Source of the DNA: Fonticula alba ATCC 38817
Taxonomy: Eukaryota > Protista > Nucleariida
Assembly (NCBI GenBank): GCA_000388065.2
Contig: KB932204.1
DNA: 64,000 bases
Direction: 5' to 3' (one strand)
The notes beneath the pieces were generated by a model. That model had not been told where the DNA came from and did no database searches. It saw only the letters and a list, made by a program, of their open reading frames with translations. Of the stretch, positions 1 through 12,300 are shown piece by piece. The number at the start of each line of letters is the position of its first letter. The first letter of the stretch is position 1. The translations under genes and the position numbers were made by a program.

Positions 1-552
1 TCCTGCCCGGCGACCAGGTACTACACGGACCATGAGGCGCGGTTTTCCCCGGTGCCGGCGTGCCTCCGGTGTGCTCCCATGTGTGACGCGTGCTCCGGGC
101 TCGGGTCTGAGAAGTGCACCGCCGGCCTGCAGGCCGTCATCAATGCCAGCGTCGGTACGAGAACAGCGCGGCATGCCTGCGGGACATCGACATGTTGGCT
201 TTGGCTGGCCCCTCCCCCCCCCCCTTCACACCCCACTGTCATCGGCGTCCTGACCCTCTCCCTCCCCCCCCTTGGCCCGCCTTGTGTTCTCCTCCTCGAA
301 TGCCCGCCCTGCCGGCCGACAGTGGTCATTATGAGCATCCTTCTCGCGGTCATGGGGACCTTCTTCGTTGGATCCGTGGTGGCCATGATCATCATGCGGC
401 ATCTGAATCAGCAGCGCCGGAAGCGGAAAGCCCCCCCGGCTGCGGAGGCACCCTCCTCGGGAAAGGTTGACTCCGACCGGTCCCGGCGCATGGCACCTCG
501 CAAGGGGCCTTCGGATGAGGCGATCCCCATGGACATGCTGCTGCCTCGATGA
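1..552 (+). CDS. 3' end of furin-like (CxxC) repeat single-pass membrane protein with short cytoplasmic tail and no kinase; exons <1..154, 323..552
   Basis: Frame 1 reads SCPATRYYTDHEARFSPVPACLRCAPMCDACSGLGSEKC (furin-like repeat). A phase-1 intron 155-322 (GTACGA...CGACAG, C-rich) joins ASV-V-VIMSILLAVMGTFFVGSVVAMIIM (TM), followed by basic RRKRK and tail ...DEAIPMDMLLPR*. The 5' part lies outside the window. Confidence 0.85.
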   Translation, partial: SCPATRYYTDHEARFSPVPACLRCAPMCDACSGLGSEKCTAGLQAVINASVGTRTARHACGTSTCWLWLAPPPPPSHPTVIGVLTLSLPPLGPPCVLLLECPPCRPTVVIMSILLAVMGTFFVGSVVAMIIMRHLNQQRRKRKAPPAAEAPSSGKVDSDRSRRMAPRKGPSDEAIPMDMLLPR

Positions 553-3500
553 GCTGCATCCGAATAACCTGCCTGCATGTTTCTTGCCCATTGGTGACCG
601 GCATTGGCCTCCCTTCGCCGGGCCTGCCTCGGCTGCCGGTCGACGGGCCCGGGGGGGGGAGGGGGGGGGGGTCGCCGCGCGACTTACCTTCAGAGGATAT
701 CCCGTCAGAAGGGGCCGGGGTGGATGGGGCTACACCGAGCGAGGCGGCCAAAGGGCAGGGGCCCCAGGCGGGAAGACGAGGAGAGGGAGCCCTGCCGGGG
801 GGAAAGTGTCTAGCGGAGTGGCTCTGCGGGGTGGCGTCCGGTGGCCCAGCACGTTCAATGGCCCTTGGCCGGGCCTTTCCGGGTCAGTACATTCCGCCTG
901 GCAGTCGGGCCCGCCGCTCCGAACGAAGAGGGCAGTCGTCGGCGCCCATCCAGGCAGATGGGGACCCCGCGAAGGGAGACCGGGTTTGTTTTTTATTTTA
1001 TTTTCAGCCCCCCCCCCCTCCTCCCTACAGCCCCATTACTGGGGGGCATTTGAGGAAACTCCCCTGGCAGGGGTGGGGGTCACAAGCGCCGGTCGGTATT
1101 TGCCCGTGTGGGAATGAATCCCCCTCCCCCCGGACTGGCATGTCAGCAGGAGTGCATCCCTGGAGCAACCCGCCGCGGGCTTCGTTGATGAGCTTGCACA
1201 TGCCGCGGACTTGGAGGGGGGGGGGGGAGGGCGGGGACATTGGTTTCCGGCGATACCGGTCTATCGTGCGGAGGATGAAGAATAAGCCTTGGGGCGGCCA
1301 AACATCCGGCTACCTCGAGGGGGGGCGGTATTTGTACTTGGCGCCCGGGCCCAGGGATAAGGGGGCCGTAGTCCTGGCCAAACACGATGGATGCATGCAC
1401 GGACGCATGGCACTCGGCTGACGGTCGGACAGCGGCAAATGGTTTATTTTTTCACACGCCTCGCATGGCAAGCCAGGGGAGGGGACATAAACATGCCCCC
1501 CCTGGGGAAGTCGAGCGCGCGGCCAAGGGGAGGGCACCTGCAGACGCACCGGCAGGAGGTGGGCCACCCGGCCCGGGGGCACTAAGCCAAGCCAAGAGCA
1601 GGGGTCTTCGGCAAGAGCGGCACCGAAGTCGCATCCCTCGACCCGGGTGCGAGGCCGGCATGCTGATGTCAAACTACCGCCAGGAAAGCCGCCCTTCTGG
1701 GCCGTCCGTCAGTCGGGCTTCGGGCTATTGGGGGGGGGGGGGGGGTCGTATGCACGGGGCACATGTTTTTGTCTTCTCAACAGCGGGACATCCGCCCAAA
1801 AAAGGGCTAATGATATTCCCACTTTTTGAGGCGCGCACGACGCTTCGCTCGGCCCGGTGCGCTGGCTGTTCGTGAGCCCCGGTCCGTTGGTGTTTCGTCG
1901 CGTCCCCTCCTCCGTGCCGAGACCCGCCCCGGTCCCCGAGCCGCGGGACTGTGGGCTAGCCAAGTGCTTGGCTCGGGGCGGGTGGGCTCCCCCCTGTGGG
2001 CGTCTCCGCCGATGAGCGGGCAAGCCAACATGCTCTCCCGCACCCCCCCCCCTCTGGATCTCGCCCCGCTCTGTGTCTGTGCCTCGGCGATGTGCTCCGA
2101 GTGTTCTTCGCTTGGTGCCCCTTTGTCAGGGGCCATTCGGGTCCATGCGGGGGATCGGTCGATCGGGGGCGGTGGGCTCCGCGACCATGGCCCCTCCCCC
2201 TGCCGGGGGGCCGACTCACGGCGGCCGGCCACTCGCCGAGCGCGGCATGGGCGCCCCAACAGCCTGGGGCAGGCGCGCCTGTCGGTGGTTCCCCGCCGGG
2301 TCGGCGATGCCCTTGTTGCCGGGCACCGACTGGCAGGCAGGTGGGCGTCTCCGGTGGAGTTTTTTTTTGTCTTGAGCATGGGCGAGTCATCCACCCTGGC
2401 GGGTGTGCTGTTTTCCGTGTGGGCTCACCGGACAGCATCGGATTCCAAGCCCACCCGGATATTGGCGGGCCCGGGCTCTTGCCATTGGTGGCGATGCGGA
2501 CGTGCGTGTCGGCCGGGCCATTCGGCTGCCATTGTCCGAGTGCTCTCTGGCCGAACACGATCGGCTTCTGCTCGTCAGGTGGTGCCTCCACATGACAGCG
2601 TCCGCGGTCCCAGGGGCGCCGTGCGACGGGGTCTCGCTGCCGGCCGGTAGTGGCGCACCAGGCCGAGGGGGCTGTTGGCCTGGCATTCGGGCCTCCCAGT
2701 TCGACGCTCAGCGTGGGCCCGGCGCCACACGGCCGTGGCCATGGTGGCTTGTTGATCGGATAATGAGTGGGGTGCGCCCAAAAAAAAAAAACATCGGTTG
2801 GGCCGCTGGCTGGGCTTGTTCCCGAAGGCCGGAATTTTCGGTGTGCCGCTCGGGCAGAGCCGATCTGGCGTTTGGGCTTCGGAGTGCCGCCTTTGATGAC
2901 GCGCGACTGGGCGCTGGCCCGCATGGCCACCAACAGAACGGGCCATTTTTACCTCTGCTTGTCTCCCATGCGATGGGGAGCGTGCACCACCCAGCCCGGT
3001 GGGCCTGCTGCCGAGGGGCCGGCGCAGCCAGCTTGTCGGCGGTCTCTGAGCTGACCAAGGCCTCGAGGACGGGGCTGGCCTGCTGGAGGGCCGGGCCGGC
3101 CCTGGTGGGTCTGTCGTGTCTCCCGCGAGCAGGGCTGGCATAGGACCATCTGCGAGTGGAGCATGTCCGTGCCGGGGGGAAAAAAAACCCTGTCCTTGGG
3201 ATGAGCCTGGTAGTTGCCCTGCCTTGCGCCATGGGACGACCTGCGCCTGGCATCCAGCCTCGGGCATCCCCCATGCCCACGCCCTTGGGACAGGGCTGGC
3301 AGCGGCGTGGGTAGCGAGGTCGGCTGTGGCCGAGAGCCAGGCCACCAGGCACTGGCTGGCGCGATTGTCGGGCGCGAGGGGGGGGGGGGGGGGGGGGGGC
3401 AGCGATCCTGGGCGACATCCGTCCTACGGGTAAGAAGCGTTGACGTATGTCTCGCAGAAAGCTGGCAGCCCCCGCTTCGCATGGGGTTCGCATGACCACG

Positions 3501-4318
3501 GCACCCTATCGGAGGCTGCCGCGCTGGCGGGTCGACGAGCTGCGAGGACTTGAAGTGCCCACTTCCGGCTGGACCGGCAGCCAGGCCCGGACGGATGGTG
3601 TTGCTCGCGCTGGGTACCATCCTGGCAGAAGTCATCCATTGGCCTGGCGCGTTCAGGGGAGGGGGGTCCCGGTTTCGGGGGGTCTGTCCGCCTGTGGGGA
3701 ATCTCGGCCATTGGCTTGGCCCTGCAAGGGGGCGCGATTTTGATCATGCTCGGGGGTGTCGGGACCATGTGTGGACGCCGGGTGGGCGGGCCGCCGACCC
3801 ATCCGGGGCAGCGACCTCGCAGGAGTGCGGGGCCTGCAGTCGACCGGCCGAAACGGCAGTTCGCAGGTGGGGCGCGGGCGCGAGGCCCACAGCCATGCTG
3901 ATGGTAAGGTGGCCCCGTGTGAGCACTACTGGTGTCGAATGGTGGGATCCTTCCACCGGGGCCTCTCCAGCGCACACTCCGAGAGCCCACCAATCGGGGC
4001 CCTGTCCGCTCGAAGCACCAGCACCCGACGAGAGAGGCCATGTCTGCCGGCCCGAAAACCGGCGAGGGCCAGGGGGATGCCGGGGGGACGGCTGCCGAAA
4101 AAAAGGCTTGGCACCCTTGGTCTTCGTCGAGTGTCGGTGGTCCGCGTGCAACAACGCAGCCACAAGGCCGCTGACTGCCCCCCCTCTCTCGTCTGCCGAG
4201 ACCCCGTCGTGTGCTGGCCCCGCCCCGGGGCGGCAGGAGGGGGGCCTGCGCAATGCGGGCACACAGAACGCCAGCCAAGGCATGTTGATCGCGGGCACGC
4301 TACAAAAAGAAGGAAGAT

Positions 4319-4391
4319 AGCCCACTGTGGGGCTCGAACCCACGACCCTGGGATTAAGAGTCCCATGCTCTACCAACTGAGCTAAACAGGC
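4319..4391 (-). tRNA. tRNA-Lys (anticodon CTT)
   Basis: Reverse complement GCCTGTTTAGCTCAGTTGGTAGAGCATGGGACTCTTAATCCCAGGGTCGTGGGTTCGAGCCCCACAGTGGGCT folds as a 73-nt cloverleaf. Anticodon loop CTCTTAA, T-loop TTCGAGC, Pol III terminator T5 at 4304-4308. Confidence 0.97.
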
Positions 4392-6836
4392 TATACATGA
4401 TACACGAGAGCGTTATTGTCTTTTATTTCACCCCGTTCCCCTCCATCACTCAAGTCGCCGTGTCTCGTGCTCCCTGGAGCCGGCTGTGTGCTCCGCCCCT
4501 CGCCTGACCGGAGCACTGCCGGCCCTTGAGTCCATCGAAAAGACCCGCCTCTGCCTCGCAGCCGCCGCCGAAGGGCATCCTTCAATCCGTCTCCCGGCCG
4601 GTCAGGCATTCCTGCGCCCGGACGCAACCCACGGCAAGACCTGACGCCCGGGTCATCTCTTTCCTCGGTGTCCTCTCCCTGCCAAGTGACAAATGCTTGG
4701 TCTCGACCGAAGGCTGTCTCCATGGAGGCAGCCCGGGCGCGGCTGTGGTTTCCTTCGGCGGTTGATCTTCCCTTGGGCAGGGGATCTTCTGGATGCCCCG
4801 GGTCCTACCTCTCGCCCGGGGAGACGCTTCACATCGGGCTCGGGCCCGCTCTTTCCGCCTGTGCCAGCTCACCCCGTGAGACCGGGGTTGCGTGCCTGTG
4901 CCGCCGACGAATCGCGGCGAATGTGGCCCCTTTCCTCGGGCCAGTAGGCCAAAGACCCCTGCGCTGCCTGCCGGGCAAGGATGGGTCGCCCGGGCGATGG
5001 TCGGAAGGTCACCCCAGCGAGCCCCTGCGGCCTCGTCTCGCAGCCAAGTGCCCAGGCACGGGACCTCCGATGGGCTGGTGTTTCACGGTCGAATGACATG
5101 CGATCACCGCTCGCTGGTGGCCGCGATCCCTCCACGGCGGCGTCCGGCTCCTCTGGTGGACCTCCCCCTCGGCATGGGTCGTTGTTGCTTCGGCATCGGT
5201 GTGTGGCGCTTGCCGCGGCGACCGCGGATGCGGATCGCAAGCGAGGCGCGTTCCTCGTGACCTGATCACATGCACACATGGCGGTCGGAGCATGATCGCG
5301 TCACGCACTTGGCCACCCACAGCGCTCCAGGCGGTATCGTGTTGGCGCGCGGGATGCGGGGGGGGGGGGTGCGTTCGCCAGGGCGTGTCGTCTGGCACCG
5401 GTGGGGTGGGAGGACCGGTTCGCGCCCGGCTGCGGAGCCGCCCAGGAAGGGTCTCTCACTCTGCCTTCCGGGAGCGGGCGTGCCTGGAACGGACACTTGG
5501 CCACCGCCTCGCAGCCCGTGGGGCTGGGGGGCGGGGGGGGGGGGGGGGGGGGGGGGCTGAAACATTGGCCGTCTCCGAGCCGCGCACGGTTTGTGATTGT
5601 CTTGCTCCGCAGTTGGCAGACATCCCCCGGCCGAGGGCTTCTGGGCCGGGTTCAACGTTGGGGGCAGGGCAGGGTGTTTCAGGGGGTCGCGTGGGAGGCA
5701 ACCACCGGAAAGCCAGCGTGGGCGACGAAAAAAAAAACACCCTCCTCTGACTACTTTGGTGTGCGCCTGGAGCGGCATCCCTGCGGCGGGGGGGTGTCGT
5801 TCTCCGGGGGCCATGAACAGGACCTAGAACCTGCTGTGCGGGGGCCGGCCACTTGCCCTGTCGGCACCAGCGCCCTTGTCGAGAGGCGCACGCGGATCGG
5901 CCGGAGGCCTGGTGCTTCTTCCTGCTGGCCCCCCCCCCCCCCCCCCCCGGGGCGAGGAGCCTGTTGCTTGGGGCCTTCCTTGAGCCGCCCTGTGCCCTGC
6001 CTTCGGGAAGCATGGTCGGGGTCCCCTTGGCTGGAGGCCCTGGGCAGGCTCCCTCGGTTGAGAGAGTGTGTGTGTGTGTCTCCTTCTTGTCTCGCCCCTC
6101 CCCCCGGGGCCCCCGGTGGCTGGCGCGTGGGCGATCTGGGCCGCGTTGCGTCTGGGCGCCCGTTGGCAGTCTAGGATGGTTGCCCCTCGGAAAAATAGCC
6201 CCACACCGCTTCGGCACCCGGGTCCCTCTGCTCGATGAGTCTTCCTGCGCGGGGGTCGGCGAAGTCGGCTCCGCCCCGACCGATGTCCGGAAGTTGTGCC
6301 TGTTGCTGCCGAGCGCGCAGGACATGTAGGAAGGACGCCGGCTCGCTCGCCCCGGCGGCGGTTTACCCGGGAGCGATGGTTGTCATGGTCGGTGAGTGTC
6401 GGCCCTCGGGCAGATGTGTCCCCATTGGTCCCCCCCCCTCCCCCCCTAGACCGAGCACCGAAGCCGGGCGGGTGCACGCCGGTCCAGATGGCTGGCTGCT
6501 CGTCGCCCACACTCCCCTTAGAAGATGCCGCCCTGATGGGGGGCCTGCCCTCGCCGGCCAGACATCTTCCATCTGATCCCCCGATTCTGCTCATTTCCCG
6601 CCTCCCCCCCCACACGCCTGGCTGGCCGATTGCTCGCCCCTTCCCATTCGCTCGCCACCTGTGACCTCCCTGGAGGTGGATTCCCTCGCCGGCCCCGGTG
6701 TCAGCCTCCGGGCGCGGCCCTGCTTGCCGTCCTCTGGCCAGCTGCCTGTCCACTTGGCCCTTGTGCCGGGCCCCTGCCGGGGTGTTGGTATTCCCTCGGG
6801 CCCCTCTCGCTGAGTCCGGCCAGGGCGGCGCCCGCC

Positions 6837-6870
6837 NNNNNNNNNNNNNNNNNNNNNNNNNNNNNNNNNN
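6837..6870. other. Assembly gap (34 N)
   Basis: Run of n in the sequence immediately 5' of the 7TM-RGS gene. Confidence 1.
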
Positions 6871-6880
6871 CGTTCGAATC

Positions 6881-7228
6881 ATGGTGGTCTTTTTGTTCGT
6901 CGACTACATGGCTGCGGTCACCGTGCCGATTCAGCTGCTCTTCTTTGGGCTCTACTTCCTCCGCTTCCAGCAGGAGCCCATCACCCCTCGGGGCCGGTTC
7001 CTCACCTCAGTCACATTTATTTTCATCTTGATTCACCACATTGTCTTGCTGGTGACCCTGTATGACCCTCGACGGTTGATTGTCTCCTGCTGGGGCGTTC
7101 TCATCACCTCCGGGCTATACCCCCTTTTTTGGGGCCTGGTACGCGATGCTCCGGCCCCCGATTGCTCCTTTTTTTACGTGCCTGCCAAACTGACCTGATC
7201 TCTCGCTCTCTCTCTCTCTCTCTCTATG

Positions 7229-7269
<41 letters not shown>

Positions 7270-7322
7270 GTCGCTCTCTCTCTCTCTCTCTCTCTCTCTC
7301 GCGCTCTCTCGCTCTCTCGCTC

Positions 7323-7353
<31 letters not shown>

Positions 7354-9337
7354 TTGTCCCCCGCTGTGTTTACTCCCCGCGACCATCTTCCCCGACTTGC
7401 ATTTCTGCCTGCGTCGAGCCAGCCATACGTCCTCCGGGCGTTGGTTGTTTACTACCGGCACATGCACAACAAGCATGCCATGTGCATGTCGCGCCTGAGC
7501 ATGTTGCGCGACTCGTCATCGGCTTCCCAATTGCACGAGGATACCTTGCTTTTGCCGGCCAGCCCGGCGGCCGGTGGGCGGGAGATGCCCCAGGAGGGCT
7601 CGCGCTTCTGGAGCTTGCTGATGCCGTGGAGGACATCCGGCCGATCGGGCGAGGCCAAGGCTTCGGATGCCCTTCCGGAGGGGAGCCACCCGCTGGAGCC
7701 GCTGACCTCGAAGGTGGACCCGGCGCCCGGGGCAGCGGGCGCATGCGCCTCGGCCGGGCTCCCGGAAGGCACTGCGAGCTCCACCAGCATGGAGCCCGTC
7801 TCGCCGGGGGGGTCTCTCTGCCAGTCCAAGCACAAGACCTCGGCCTTGAGCTTGACCATGGATGCCCCTTCGCCGACCAGCGAGCAGCCTGGCGAGGTGG
7901 TCGATGTGTACCAACTTAAGCAGAAGCTGGCGCAGGAGTTGAACAAGGCCATCACCTTTCGCAAGACCAGGAGCTTTGCCCTGCTGAAGTGGGTTCAATC
8001 GTCTCGCAACCAGGTCATCATCTTCCTCGGGACCAGCCTCGTGTCATTGATCTTTGTGGTGATGGCCATGATCCTGTGCGTTGGACGTTCGGGAGGGGGA
8101 GTCCCCCTTGGTGGCGGGAGGGCCCATTGAGTTGGTGTTGCCGCGCGTTCGCTGTCTCGCGCGTCTCTCCTTCTCCCGCCTGGGCATGCACCTCCCCATC
8201 CTCCGCCCCGAGCCTGCTTGCTGACCATCCCGCGCACATGCACACCCGTACTCGCGCGCGCCTGTCTGTGCCCTCAATCGGGTCCCTCGGCCTGGCCCAC
8301 CGCCGGCCTTTCTGCCGCTTGCATGGCCCGGCCCTCAGAACCATCGACACCCCTTTCGATAATTACACCAACGCCAACCCCAGCTGCATCTATGGCTCGA
8401 AGTATGTCATCATGCTGGAGGTCATTGTCCTGATCCCGATTGTGGCCATACCGGTGACCATGGTTTGGTCCGCGCGGGACATCTACCTCATGAAGCAGGA
8501 GCTCTACATCAATACATCGGCCTCCTTCCTGGTTGCCCTGCTGTGGGGCATCTCGGCGGCGATCGGGGATATGGGCTGGTTCCGGCCGGAAATCATCGCC
8601 ATCTTCCTGACAACCTTCAACAATCTGCTGATTGTCATCTTCCCCGTGACCCTGTCCTTCCTGCCCTTCTACCGGAATTTGACGTGCGTGCTTGGATGTG
8701 TGGTTGTTTTTCTCCCCGGCCCACAGCACTGACATGCGATGCTTCGCCGAATGCCTTCTCCTCTTCACCATGCCATGGGATCGGGGTGCTGCGGGATGGG
8801 CCGCCTCCGGAAAAAAAAATATCCCCCCAAACAAACCCCAGGCACCAGCGGAACTGGAATCCCCTGTTCATGAGGGAGAGCCAATCCGCGGAGGAGCCCC
8901 GGTCGGCTGTGAATGGGATCTTGGACTTCGAGACATTCCGGCACTTCCCCGGGCCGGCCATGCAGTTCGAGCAATTTTGCGTGGAGTCCTGGTGCGCGGA
9001 GATCCACCTCTTCCAGACCCGCTGCCTGAGGTACCTGGACAATTACGACCGCATGTCCCCGATGCAGCGGTACCGGGAGGTGCTGGAGATGCGCGACCAG
9101 TTTGTCCGCATCGAGTCGCCCTTCGAAATCAACATCCCCGGCAACATGCGGCAGAAGCTCCTGCGGACCTTTGACGAGGTGGCCGTTTTGGACCAGGACG
9201 GCCAGCCGGGGCCCATCCCCCGGGACATCTTCCTGCCGGCGCAGCAGGAGACCAGCGAGCAGCTGAATCGCCTGCTGCACATCTGGCGCGACACGCCGGC
9301 CGGCAAGCGCGAGACCCAGGAGCTCCTGGTCCTCTGA
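6881..9337 (+). CDS. Seven-transmembrane receptor-like protein with C-terminal RGS domain (7TM-RGS); exons 6881..7138, 7423..8075, 8339..8683, 8842..9337 (583 aa if ATG 6881 is the start)
   Basis: Three GT-AG introns with compatible phases (0, 2, 2) give one frame. It has seven hydrophobic segments, a long Ser/Pro-rich loop after TM3, and an RGS-type region FEQFCVESWCAEIHLF...FVRIESPFEINIPGNMRQKLL...DIFLPAQQE. An N-gap at 6837-6870 just upstream makes the start uncertain. Confidence 0.85.
7199..7352. repeat. Compound (TC)n microsatellite with repeated TATGTCGC interruptions, inside intron 1 of the 7TM-RGS gene
   Basis: Directly visible (TC)n-TATGTCGC-(TC)n-TATGTCGC-(TC)n. Confidence 0.95.
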
Positions 9338-12300
9338 CGGGCGACGGCCGGGGGATTGGCTGGCCAGGTGAAGTTGCCCGGGCCGCCTCCCTTCCCGGTC
9401 GTGTGTGTGTGTGGCTCTCTCTCTCTCTCTCTCTCTCTCTCATACAGTCCCTTTTTCGCATCGCCGTTGGTTTCTCGGTGTGCTGCCGGCGGGATGGGGT
9501 GTGTGGCAACAAAGGCGTGTCTTCGTGGCCCTTCGGGGTCCGTGTGGTCGGTCTTCGGGAGATGCTCGACGGCAACCCGGGTGAACAAAGGCATCCTGGT
9601 TGGTGGTTTTTTTCCCCCGCGACGCCCACCGACATACTGGCAGGTGGGAGCTTGGGCGGCAGACACAGCAGCCTCACTGGGATGGCCTGGCCATCGGGCG
9701 GGAAGGCCGGTAGCTGTGGCCCTGCAGCGACAGAGGCTCCGGCTTGCGATGGAGACGTGGCACGGAGACATGTGCGGGGACGCCGCCACCGTGTTCCTGC
9801 TTGCGTGTTGCCGCGTTCTCCGGCGAGAGGGGTTCGGACCGCCACCAGGGGAAGGTCGAATACTCGGTTATGGTTCATCGCCGGGCCCGGCCAGCCAGCT
9901 GCACAGGACCACCTGCCCGTCTGGTGGCTGTGCAAGCGCAGCCCGTGCTACGGGAGAATGGGATCGCTCGTCGGGACTCGGGGGAGGGAGCCACGGGGCA
10001 CCTTAGCCGTGGCGCAATTTCCTGTGGATCGCAGTGGAGATGGCTCAGACGGGCTGCATGGTCGGATGAGCGGCCCGGCAATGGATGGCCTCTTCGGCTG
10101 GGGCCGTTGCGACGGCGGTCATCATCGCCCAATGGCCGCCACCAACCAAATGCCTTCCTAGCGGGAGGGCTACTTTGCCGGAGGAGCAGCCGACCCTTCG
10201 GGCATGCGATTGGATGTGTGCCAGCACCGGCCAGTAGGCCGGCAATGGACAGCGTCATGGTGAGCAGTCGGTGCTGGAGGTCGGGTGTGTGCGAGTGCCT
10301 CGGGAGGTGAGGGTTGCTGGTGTGCTTGGGCCCCAAGCATCTGGCGAAGAGGCTCCCCATCGATGGCTGAGGCTGTGGGACATGTCAGCCTGGGCACGCT
10401 TGTCGAGAGGATGGATTCCATTGAACGGGGTGAACTCCATCAGCTCGGGCTCAGAGTGGCCCATGCTCGGGAGTCGACAGGCTCCGATGGTTGTCTCCTT
10501 GGACCGACCATCTGCCCCGGGAGCCGGGATCGCCCATTACCGATGTGGAAAGGGCGCTTGCGGCAGGGTGAATCCCAAGCATCGCACCTTCGCCGTCGGG
10601 CGGGACGTGGTGATCTCTGTCCGGCTGGATGTGTGCCGGGTTTCCGCCCGTGTGCGGATCACGCGGCCCCGACGAGTCACCCTGGCCGGAGATGGGACGC
10701 TCGTCGGGGGGACTGCGAATCGCAAGGCTGATGCTGCCATGCGCGTAGGATTGCCTTGTTTATTCCGGTGGCCTTGGTGATGGTTCGCCTGACGGACCAG
10801 CGACAGGTCATCCCCATGCAAGTGCACAGCCCGGTGGCGGGGGCCCGCGCTCCGTGCAAAATGCATCACCCTGCATTTGGCATGGTGGGATGCCGCGCGG
10901 CGAGGAGGCCTTCACGGCGCATGTGTCCCGGGGGCCAGCGGCCCTGTTCGAGGGAGGCGCTGGGAAATCGGCGCCTCCAAGCCGCCCACGGCGCCCTTCC
11001 CTCAGAGCCCGCAGAAGCTGACCCCTGAAGGGGGAGATCGGCAGACGCTGGTGACATTTTTTGCACGGGATCCGGGGAGCCATCAATCCGGGGGGTTGAC
11101 TACCAGGCAGATCCCGGTTGGGCGGGGAGGCCCGCCCTTCGGCAGGGGAACCCTCATGCTCGGACTGATGTATGGCAAGTGGCGGCGGGGGTGGGCCCAC
11201 GGCGATGGCCGGCAGGCATTGCCCTGGGTCGGCGAGGAGAACGGCCCTCGTGGATGGGACCATCATCCAGCTCATCGCCGCGTGGTGGGGCCCCTCGCTC
11301 CCCCTCCCTCCCCCGAAGAAAGTGCCACGCCTGGGGTGGGACTCTACCCCCCCCCGCGCCCCCCAAAGACGGCGCCTCGAATGGGGTATGCCTGTGTCCG
11401 AGCGAGTGAGGGCGCCTGCTGTGCAGTGAAGCCCTCTCACCGAAACAGCCGCCCGCCCGGTGCCGAGGGGGGTGACCCCGGTGGGGCATGGTCCCTCGGG
11501 GAGGCCGCGCCGGACCCTTGGCCAGGGTGCTCGATCAGACTTGCCTCCTGCGGCATTGGGCCTCAGCTTGGTTGAGGCGGGTGGGCCCATTTTTCTCCTC
11601 GCTCCTGCGGCCATCCTTGCAAGTGGGAGTGTGGGGCCCTTTTGACGGTCCGAGCCCGAGCATCTGGGTCGACCGAGGGGCCGGCGGCTATGGGAGATCG
11701 GCTGATCGGGATGATGGTACCCGTCACTTTCCTGCAGGGGGTCCTGTTGAGAAATGCCCCGGGACATGGCACAGCATGTGCGGCATCCCGGAGCGGGGCC
11801 GCCGCCCCGCCGGGCATGGGTGCGCGCCTCTGCCTGCCCCGAGGCTAGTATGGTGTCAGAATTCACTCGACGCTGGTGCGGCACCTCGGGCGGAAGGGGG
11901 CCTGCGTGAAATGCGGCGAGTCGTGGCGGCGCAGACTGCCCCCCCCCCCCCCCGAAGGTCTTTCGAGAGAGTTGGGAAAGATGGGCGGCTATCCCCACAA
12001 GCAATGGAGCCGAGGAATGATGCGCCGCATGTGCGCTCCTCAGCCGGGGACAGGGGAGACGCTCCGGGGAGGAAAGGATAATAGACCGGGCCATGTGTGG
12101 GTGCACTTGTGGAGCCTGCAGCAAGAGGGTACAGGCCCGGCACGCACATGAAACTCCGGGTGATCCGAGCTCGGCCATTGTCCCAATGCTCTGCCTGATC
12201 ATGGCGTGCGATTGGGGAATTGTCAAACCACCAAGGGCATTCTGAAAGGTGCAGCCTGCGCGGGCGATGCTTCGGTTGAGCGGCCGCCGGGCGGCTTGCG

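Noticed and set aside
155-322. In-frame segment of ORF 52-552 (GTRTARHACG...PCRPT)
   Set aside because: It is a 168-nt intron without a stop, with canonical ends and C-rich content.
552-6800. Many 100-290 aa ORFs on both strands
   Set aside because: They are Arg/Pro/Gly/Ala-rich, overlap in all frames and have no motifs or splice logic. This is expected from stop-codon scarcity in GC-rich DNA.
9780-9900. GKVEYSV (chromodomain-like) and DAATVFLL...RREGF (integrase-like) snippets
   Set aside because: Isolated short matches in different frames without the flanking conserved motifs.
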